In this document: positions 57,902 to 64,000 of the stretch, piece after piece
Position numbering within the stretch: position 1 is the first letter of the stretch
Layout of the letters: every line of letters begins with the position of its first letter
Assembly: GCA_963676615.1 (NCBI GenBank)
Contig: OY781092.1
Coordinates: forward strand, 640,001-704,000
Origin: Candidatus Cloacimonadota bacterium
GTDB taxonomy: Bacteria > Cloacimonadota > Cloacimonadia > G963667145
Length of the DNA stretch: 64,000 nucleotides
Direction: 5' to 3'
Translations under genes and position numbers: made by a program
The notes under the pieces: model-generated
Seen by the model: only the letters and a program-made list of their open reading frames with translations
What the model was told of the DNA's origin: nothing
Databases searched by the model: none

Positions 57902-58577
57902 AGTCCTGTTTTTTCTCAAGCAAAATTGGGTCAAAGCCCAGCAGCTGCCACATTTTCTGTCTCTCTTTTGTAAAACAATATAACTTTTTTGTCTTCAAAG
58001 CCAAATCAAAAATCTCCATAAAATCTTTTTCCTGCAAAACTGGATCTTTAGCCGTGCAAACGACTCTATGCGTCTCCTGCATCCTCTTTATCTTTTTATC
58101 AAAAGGCTTGTCAAACAAAATCAAATCTTCTGATTTTTGGTGCGATTTTGGCTCCAAACAAAACCTTTTTCTGTCCAAATCGAAATTAAAAAGTGTGGCA
58201 AAACTTTTTAAAACAGGCTCTGCTGGCGAAAAAGTAAAGTTACCCAGTTTTTTATTACCGCTCAAAATAATCGAATTTTCAAAACTTTTAAGCTCGGCTT
58301 TATTTTGGCAAAAATCTAAAACAATAGCGTCTCTTTTGTCGCCCAAATCCAGCTCTGCTGCCACTTTAACGCCTTCTGCTTCAAAAAAAGTTTGGCAAAA
58401 TCTACGCAAGTAAACAGTCGGCTTGAGCACAACTTTTTTAAAATCGTCTTTGCAAGAAAGCAAAAAAAACAAAGCATCCCAAGAGTCAAAATCTTCGCCA
58501 AACAAAAGAACGACCAAGCCTTTCTCTTTTAGCAAAGAGCCAAAATCTACCGATTTTTTTTTAGACAGCCCAAACAT
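57885..58577 (-). CDS. Hypothetical protein
   Basis: 230-aa ORF overlapping both neighbours; no recognised motif. Confidence 0.6.
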   Translation of the reverse strand: MFGLSKKKSVDFGSLLKEKGLVVLLFGEDFDSWDALFFLLSCKDDFKKVVLKPTVYLRRFCQTFFEAEGVKVAAELDLGDKRDAIVLDFCQNKAELKSFENSIILSGNKKLGNFTFSPAEPVLKSFATLFNFDLDRKRFCLEPKSHQKSEDLILFDKPFDKKIKRMQETHRVVCTAKDPVLQEKDFMEIFDLALKTKKLYCFTKERQKMWQLLGFDPILLEKKQDYAKIF

Positions 58578-59253
58578 AATCGCTAGGATTTTCGTAGAAA
58601 TCGATCTTTTTATTCGTCAAATGCGCCACGACATCAGAATTTTTTCGCACGCAATCTTTGTCGTGCGTGATGATTACAGAGGTAAATCCGCCTTTGCTGT
58701 GAATGTTGTTAATCAGATTGATGATACCGCCAGCGGTGTTCGGATCTAGCCCAGTTGTTGGCTCGTCGTAGATGATGTATAGCGGGTCTAGAGCGATGGC
58801 TCGCGCCAGCGCCACCCTTTTTTGCATCCCCCCAGAAAGCTCCGAGGGCATTTTGTGAAAAACATCGTGCAGCCCAACCATCTCCAGCTTGCTCACAACA
58901 ATCTCTTTAATCGCATCTTCGCTCAACTCTCGACGATGTTCAAAAAGCGGCAACGCCACATTTTGATAAACAGTCAGCGAATCCAAAAGCGCAGAACCTT
59001 GAAAAAGCATCGAAATATTTTTCTTAATCTCCAAAACCTGCTTACCGCGGGCTTTGTCCAGGTCAATTCCCTCAATCTCTATCGTGCCCGAAGTCGGATG
59101 CAAAATTCCCATAATGCTCTTCACCAGCACGCTTTTCCCCGATCCGCTCTCACCCACAATCACCGTTCGCTTGCCTTTTCTGATTTTGAGGTTGACTCCA
59201 TCAAGGATTGTCTGCTGCCCAAGCTCCACTCGCAACTCTTTGATTTCTATCAT
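58561..59253 (-). CDS. mlaF: MlaF/Ttg2A family ABC ATPase
   Basis: GESGSGKS, MLFQGSALLDSLTVYQNVALPL, MPSELSGGMQKRVALARA, YDEPTTGLDP, ITHD. Confidence 0.9.
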   Translation of the reverse strand: MIEIKELRVELGQQTILDGVNLKIRKGKRTVIVGESGSGKSVLVKSIMGILHPTSGTIEIEGIDLDKARGKQVLEIKKNISMLFQGSALLDSLTVYQNVALPLFEHRRELSEDAIKEIVVSKLEMVGLHDVFHKMPSELSGGMQKRVALARAIALDPLYIIYDEPTTGLDPNTAGGIINLINNIHSKGGFTSVIITHDKDCVRKNSDVVAHLTNKKIDFYENPSDYVWAV

Positions 59254-59269
59254 TTTAAGCGCTCAAAAC

Positions 59270-60625
59270 TCAGTCGCTAAATTTTTGCAGTTCGTTTCTG
59301 AACAAACTCTCGATTTCTTGCAATCGCTTTTCGCTGTTAGCCTCAAACCTCATCACCAAAACCGGCTGCGTGTTTGACGCTCTAACAAGCCCCCAGCCAT
59401 CTGCAAAATTGACACGAACGCCATCGATAGCAATGCAATCGTATCCTTGCTCGACGAACGATTTTTTCACCTTCTCCACAAGCGCAAATTTTTTGCTGTC
59501 TTGGCAATCAAATCTAATCTCAGGCGTGTTGTAGAGCTTCGGCAAATCGGCAAGCATATGGCTCACAGGAACGCTGCTTTTGCTCAAAATTTCCAAAAAT
59601 CGGCAAGTCGCATAAATGGCGTCATCAAACCCGAAATATCTGTCTTTGAAAAAAATATGGCCGCTCATTTCGCCGCCAAACTTAATCCCGTCTTCGCTCA
59701 TTTTTTTCTTTATCATCGAATGCCCTGTCTTATACATTATGGGCTGACCGCCTTTCGCAGCGACATCGTCGTAAAAATTTTTGGAGCATTTAACATCGGC
59801 AACCACTTTTTCGCTAGGGTTGTCTTTCAAAAAATCACGAGCAAAAATAGTCAAAATCTGGTCACCAAAAAGCATCTTGCCCTTTTCGTCAATGATGCCA
59901 ATCCTATCGGCGTCACCGTCCAAACCTATTCCAAGATCGCAATCCCAATCTTGCACATTTTCCATCAAATCTTGCATATACTCTGGCACGGTTGGATCTG
60001 GATGATGATTTGGAAAATTGCCATCCTGCTCGCAATACAGCTCTCTCACATCTGCTCCAATTCCGCGCAAAACCGCAGGAGCGATAGGTCCACCTGCTCC
60101 ATTTCCAGCGTCAACAACCACCTTGACGGGCTTTTGCAAAGTAAAACGAGAAATCAAATCTTGGATATAAGCGTTCACAATCCCATCTTGCTCGGTAATC
60201 GTCCCTTCTTCCTGCACAAAATTTCCAGACTCAATAATCGTATAAATCTCCTGAATGTCATCGCCAAAAATGCTGCCAGTGCAACCGATGTTCATCTTAA
60301 AGCCGTTAAACTCTGGCGGATTGTGACTCCCGGTAATCATCACGCCGGCGTCAACTTCCAGATGCTGAATGCTCCAATACAAACAAGGCGTCGCCAAAAT
60401 TCCCGCAACTATCACCTCGGCGCCAGTTTCGGCAAGACCTTTGCTGAATTGCTGAATGTAAATCGGCGAAGACAGGCGAGCGTCGCCGCCAATCACCACA
60501 GATTTTAGGTCTCTATTCGCCAAAAAAGTGCCAAAACCTTTACCCAAAAGATAAACCGTTTCAGGCGTGAGGTCTTTATCCACAACGCCTCTTATGTCGT
60601 ATTGACGAAAAATTTCTTTATTCAT
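59270..60625 (-). CDS. Phosphomannomutase/phosphoglucomutase
   Basis: IFRQYDIRG, ITGSHNP, FPNHHPDP, DGDADR, GEMSGH, RASNT. Confidence 0.95.
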   Translation of the reverse strand: MNKEIFRQYDIRGVVDKDLTPETVYLLGKGFGTFLANRDLKSVVIGGDARLSSPIYIQQFSKGLAETGAEVIVAGILATPCLYWSIQHLEVDAGVMITGSHNPPEFNGFKMNIGCTGSIFGDDIQEIYTIIESGNFVQEEGTITEQDGIVNAYIQDLISRFTLQKPVKVVVDAGNGAGGPIAPAVLRGIGADVRELYCEQDGNFPNHHPDPTVPEYMQDLMENVQDWDCDLGIGLDGDADRIGIIDEKGKMLFGDQILTIFARDFLKDNPSEKVVADVKCSKNFYDDVAAKGGQPIMYKTGHSMIKKKMSEDGIKFGGEMSGHIFFKDRYFGFDDAIYATCRFLEILSKSSVPVSHMLADLPKLYNTPEIRFDCQDSKKFALVEKVKKSFVEQGYDCIAIDGVRVNFADGWGLVRASNTQPVLVMRFEANSEKRLQEIESLFRNELQKFSD

Positions 60626-61230
60626 TATTCACCTTCGTCGTTAAAATATTTCTCAATTTTTGGCAAAATCTCTTGCAACGCTTTGCCGCGGTGACTGATT
60701 TTATTTTTCACCTTTGGGCTCAACTCTCCCAAAGTTTTGTCATATCCCTCTGGCACAAAAATATTGTCGTAGCCGAAACCTTTGTCGCCAATTTCGGCAG
60801 TGGCAATTTCGCCCCTCATAACGCCCTTGCACGCAAAAATCTTCTCGCCATTAGAGTTGCAAAAAGTAACGACCGTCGCAAAAAACGCAGCCCGATCTTT
60901 GGCTCCTTTCATCTCCAAAAGAAGTTTGCTTCGATTATCAGTAAAACTGCAACCTTCGCCAGCGTATCTCGCAGCATAAATCCCAGGTCTGCCGTCCAAC
61001 GCTTCCACGAAAAGCCCCGTGTCGTCCGCCAAACTGTTTTTGCCAGTGAGCAAAGCGACCTCCCGAGCTTTTTTCAGAGAGTTCCCCTCTAAACTGTCTT
61101 GGTCTTCGTTCACCTCGGGCAAATCAAAATCTAGCCCCGACAAAATCTCCAAACCAGAACTCGCCAAAATTTTCTTTATCTCGTCGATTTTGTGTTTATT
61201 GCCAGAAGCGATCAAAAAACTTTTTTTCAC
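60625..61230 (-). CDS. rdgB: Non-canonical purine NTP pyrophosphatase (RdgB/HAM1)
   Basis: SGNKHK, ADDTGL, PGIYAARY, GFGYD, KNKISHRG. Confidence 0.95.
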   Translation of the reverse strand: MKKSFLIASGNKHKIDEIKKILASSGLEILSGLDFDLPEVNEDQDSLEGNSLKKAREVALLTGKNSLADDTGLFVEALDGRPGIYAARYAGEGCSFTDNRSKLLLEMKGAKDRAAFFATVVTFCNSNGEKIFACKGVMRGEIATAEIGDKGFGYDNIFVPEGYDKTLGELSPKVKNKISHRGKALQEILPKIEKYFNDEGE

Positions 61231-61233
61231 AAA

Positions 61234-62043
61234 CTACTTTTTCCCCTCGGCGATTTGCTTTTTCAGATACTCAATATTGCTTTCCAAAACCTTAACATTC
61301 AAATCGTCTGGATTGATTTTTTTCACAATTTTCAAAGATTTTCTGTAGTTTTCCAAAGACTCTTTGTAATTTTTGTTGTTCATATAAGCGAGCCCTAAGT
61401 TGTTGTAATCCACGGCTGTTACGATACTTTCCTCGCCAATATTTTGCTTGTCAATCTGCAGCGCCTGTCCAAAATATTTAATCGCGTTCGGAAAATCGGC
61501 GTTATCGCGATAAATCTCGCCAAGATTGGTCAAAGAAGCCGCCATTCTAGCAAAATCGTCTCTGCTCTTCTTGGGCAAACTTTTCAAAATCTCCAAAGAT
61601 TTGAGCAAATTCGCTCCTGCCAAACGATACTTTTTCTCTTCCAAATACACGCCGCCCATATTGTTGTAAAAGCTAGCAAGCACAGCACTTGGACGATCTC
61701 CGTTATGCTTTTTATAAAGCTCCAGCGCCTTCTCGTAAAACTCTTTGGCTTTGTCATACTGCTTGTCTGCGCCATACGCTCCAGCCAAATTGTTGTAAAG
61801 CACGATGTAAAGCTGATTGTCGTCGTCAACCGTGCGTCCATAATAAACAAGCGCGTTTTCGTATTCGGCAATCGCCTCTTTGACTTTCGCCTTATTTTGA
61901 AAATCCATACCTTTGCGAGTCGATTCCTCGGCGATAATCAGCCACTTTTCCTGATTTAGATTATAATACAATTTCACGCCAGAAAAAATCAAAATCGCCG
62001 CAATAACGATCGAAACCAAAATCCAAATTAACTTTTTATTCAT
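61234..62043 (-). CDS. Membrane-anchored TPR protein
   Basis: N-terminal TM; about 42-aa repeats YNNLAGAY, YNNMGGVY, LTNLGEIY, YNNLGLAY. Confidence 0.85.
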   Translation of the reverse strand: MNKKLIWILVSIVIAAILIFSGVKLYYNLNQEKWLIIAEESTRKGMDFQNKAKVKEAIAEYENALVYYGRTVDDDNQLYIVLYNNLAGAYGADKQYDKAKEFYEKALELYKKHNGDRPSAVLASFYNNMGGVYLEEKKYRLAGANLLKSLEILKSLPKKSRDDFARMAASLTNLGEIYRDNADFPNAIKYFGQALQIDKQNIGEESIVTAVDYNNLGLAYMNNKNYKESLENYRKSLKIVKKINPDDLNVKVLESNIEYLKKQIAEGKK

Positions 62044-62518
62044 CACTTCCTCCCTTGGAGTTTACTATTTTTTTTATTTTTTTTAAAACCTTACTCGAAA
62101 TCTGTTTATTCGCCAAAGAAACCACCTTTTTCGTCGTCTCCAACATATCAGCCTCTCCGCTCCAATTATCCAAAATAATTTTATTATCAATCTCTTTGAA
62201 CAGATAATCAAAAGCGAAAATCGCCAAAATAAAATCTTCCAAAAAGCCGACAAACGGAACAAAATCGGGGATAATATCGATGGGAAGCATAAAATAAGCA
62301 GCCACAGCCGACATAAAAAGTTTGTTAGAAATCGACAGCCTCTTCTCCAGCGCCAATCGGCAAACTAGCACAAAAACATCAGGCAAAAGAAAAAGATAAT
62401 CGCTGACATTTTTGCCTTCGCTCTTCGACTTCCGCTTCACGCTATATTTTTCACGCAACTTTTCATAAAACTGAAACTTCCTTTTCTCTTTCGGGAAAAT
62501 TTCCATTGTTTTGTCCAT
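62036..62518 (-). CDS. YkvA/DUF1232 family protein
   Basis: AYFMLPIDIIPDFVPFVGFLED, NWSGEAD. Confidence 0.85.
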   Translation of the reverse strand: MDKTMEIFPKEKRKFQFYEKLREKYSVKRKSKSEGKNVSDYLFLLPDVFVLVCRLALEKRLSISNKLFMSAVAAYFMLPIDIIPDFVPFVGFLEDFILAIFAFDYLFKEIDNKIILDNWSGEADMLETTKKVVSLANKQISSKVLKKIKKIVNSKGGSDE

Positions 62519-62550
62519 AAAAAATCCTTATCGTTTATTAAATTAAAAAA

Positions 62551-63480
62551 TTACTCGACGACTCTTGCGCCATTTTTGTTAATTCCAGAACAGTAAAAAC
62601 TGCTTTCAATCCCTTTACTTGCAAAAAGACGAGCAATTTCAGCGGCAATTTCTTTGGCTTTCTCTTTTTGCGTTGTCATCGTAAAAATTGACGGACCAGA
62701 GCCAGAAATCCCGCAGCCTAAAGCTCCCATCTGCAAAGCCAGCTCTTTCGCCTGTAGAAAATGCGGAATAAGCTTTGCGCGGTGCGGCTGAGCTAAAACA
62801 TCTTGCAAGCCAAACTTTATCATCTGCTCGTCCGCTTGGCTAAGTCCCAAAAGCAGAGACGACAAATAACCGCTCTGCCTGACCACATCGCCCATTTCAA
62901 TTTTTTTCGGCAAAACAGCTCTAGCGTCCGCAGTTCTCACCTCAATATTCGGATGCACAACGCCCAAAAAAATATCTAAGCCAAGCTCTATTTCGTTAAT
63001 TATCAGCGGGTCATACGAGTTGACCGACACAATTCCGCCCAGCAAAGACGGAGCGACATTATCCGCATGGGCACTGCCACAAGCGACCCGTTCGCCCTCT
63101 ATGGCAAACTGCACCAGCTCTTTTTTCGCCAAAGGCTCACCCAGCAAATAGTTTGCCGCAAAAATGCCCGCAACCGATGAAGCCGACGAAGAGCCTAATC
63201 CGCTACCAATCGGCATCTTTTTATGCAACTCCACCTCAAAGCCAGCTTGCGAGTCCATATAATCCAAATAGGCTTGAATCGCCACCGTTACGCAATTTTC
63301 CCCAGAATCGTAAGGCAATTTGCCCTCGTCTCCCTGAATTTTTTTAATCACCAAACCTGGCTCTTTTTTCGCCCTCAGCACAACCTCGTCACCAGGAAAG
63401 TCTATCGCCAAACCAAGCAAGTCGTAGCCCGAACACAGGTTTGCGACTGTCGCAGGAGCAAAAACTTTTACACTATCCAT
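62551..63480 (-). CDS. thrB: Homoserine kinase
   Basis: APATVANL, PIGSGLGSSSAS, HADNVAP, ARAVLP, ISGSGPS. Confidence 0.95.
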   Translation of the reverse strand: MDSVKVFAPATVANLCSGYDLLGLAIDFPGDEVVLRAKKEPGLVIKKIQGDEGKLPYDSGENCVTVAIQAYLDYMDSQAGFEVELHKKMPIGSGLGSSSASSVAGIFAANYLLGEPLAKKELVQFAIEGERVACGSAHADNVAPSLLGGIVSVNSYDPLIINEIELGLDIFLGVVHPNIEVRTADARAVLPKKIEMGDVVRQSGYLSSLLLGLSQADEQMIKFGLQDVLAQPHRAKLIPHFLQAKELALQMGALGCGISGSGPSIFTMTTQKEKAKEIAAEIARLFASKGIESSFYCSGINKNGARVVE

Positions 63481-63500
63481 TGGTTTGACCTTTTTTTGTT

Positions 63501-63530
63501 AAAAAATTAGCTCTCAAAAAAGAAAGAGCT
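63501..63530 (-). terminator. Hairpin plus U-tract upstream of thrB
   Basis: Minus strand AGCTCT-TTCTTTTTTG-AGAGCT followed by AATTTTTT. Confidence 0.3.
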
Positions 63531-63657
63531 GAAAAACTACATTTTGGACAAAAACCTCAATTTCAAAGTTGATGTCAAGTTTCTTTTTTATATTCAAAAA
63601 AGCAGATTTTGTCGGCAAAAACAAGCGCAAATTATAACGATTTGCCAAAAAAAACGA

Positions 63658-64000
63658 CTAGTATTTAACATCTTTTAGATACAAGCCTTGCGCAGGCGCA
63701 GTAAATTTATATTTCGGTGGAATGTCGTTTTTTTGTAAAAACTCCAAAATTTTTGAACTTGCGGCGTTTTCCTGCAAAAGAACCAAACAACTCCCCACAA
63801 TTCGCCGTATCATATTGTGCAAAAATCTATTGGCAGAGATGCTCACCAGCCAGCCGTAATCAGTCTCGACAATCTCGGCACAAAAAATATCACACCGATT
63901 ATGCTTCAGTTTCGGGTTTATTTTGCAAAAATTGCTAAAATCGTGCTCACCTTGCAGATTTTTCAAATACGCTCCAAATTTCTTAGCATCTATTTTGAAG
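63658..64000 (-). CDS. truA: tRNA pseudouridine synthase A, C-terminal part (5' end outside the window)
   Basis: GEHDFSNF, ANRFLHNMIRRIVG, TAPAQGLYL. Confidence 0.92.
   Translation of the reverse strand, partial: FKIDAKKFGAYLKNLQGEHDFSNFCKINPKLKHNRCDIFCAEIVETDYGWLVSISANRFLHNMIRRIVGSCLVLLQENAASSKILEFLQKNDIPPKYKFTAPAQGLYLKDVKY

Noticed and set aside
59447..60508. 353-aa + strand ORF
   Set aside because: Lies antisense within the well-supported phosphomannomutase gene and has no recognisable motifs; shadow ORF
1..64000. tRNA, rRNA, CRISPR array, transposase, integrase or prophage genes
   Set aside because: Intergenic gaps are all under about 300 bp, with no cloverleaf or repeat-spacer pattern seen by eye, and no ORF carries such motifs; a covariance-model scan would be needed to exclude small RNAs

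Overview
A gene-dense, AT-rich chromosomal segment of a diderm bacterium (it encodes LolC/E, MlaE/MlaF, lipoproteins and a probable outer-membrane barrel). Gene content and order suggest a Cloacimonadota-like anaerobe, but this is inference only. From 0.3 to 38.3 kb the genes lie on the + strand: a shortened dcw cluster (mraZ-rsmH-ftsL-ftsI-murE/F fusion-mraY-murD-ftsW-murG), a nucleoside kinase, nusB, an orphan PTS IIC, glyQ, PBP1A, PIN-PhoH, alr, yicC, rnr, dnaG, lolC/E, psd and lysA. From 38.3 to 64 kb almost all genes lie on the - strand: EF-G, a TlpA/CXXC/4Fe-4S module, dnaB, udg, rpoZ, gmk, gcvH-like, addA-like, polA, pgk, mlaF, pmm, rdgB, thrB and truA. A 28-bp XerCD dif site at 21224-21251 points to the replication terminus region. 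The best candidate for an undescribed system is a three-gene accessory locus at 32.8-37.7 kb: a beta-barrel-like protein, a GH18 chitinase lipoprotein, and a non-catalytic lipoprotein of alternating Ig-like and CBM5/12-like repeats. It looks like a SusCD/TonB-independent surface chitin-capture system. Other notable signals are a GcvH-fold protein whose lipoyl-lysine position is Asp, 10-bp-phased NTCA repeats upstream of a motif-divergent mraZ, a spirochete/mitochondrial-type EF-G, and a divergent PGK. No tRNA, rRNA, CRISPR array or transposase was recognised.
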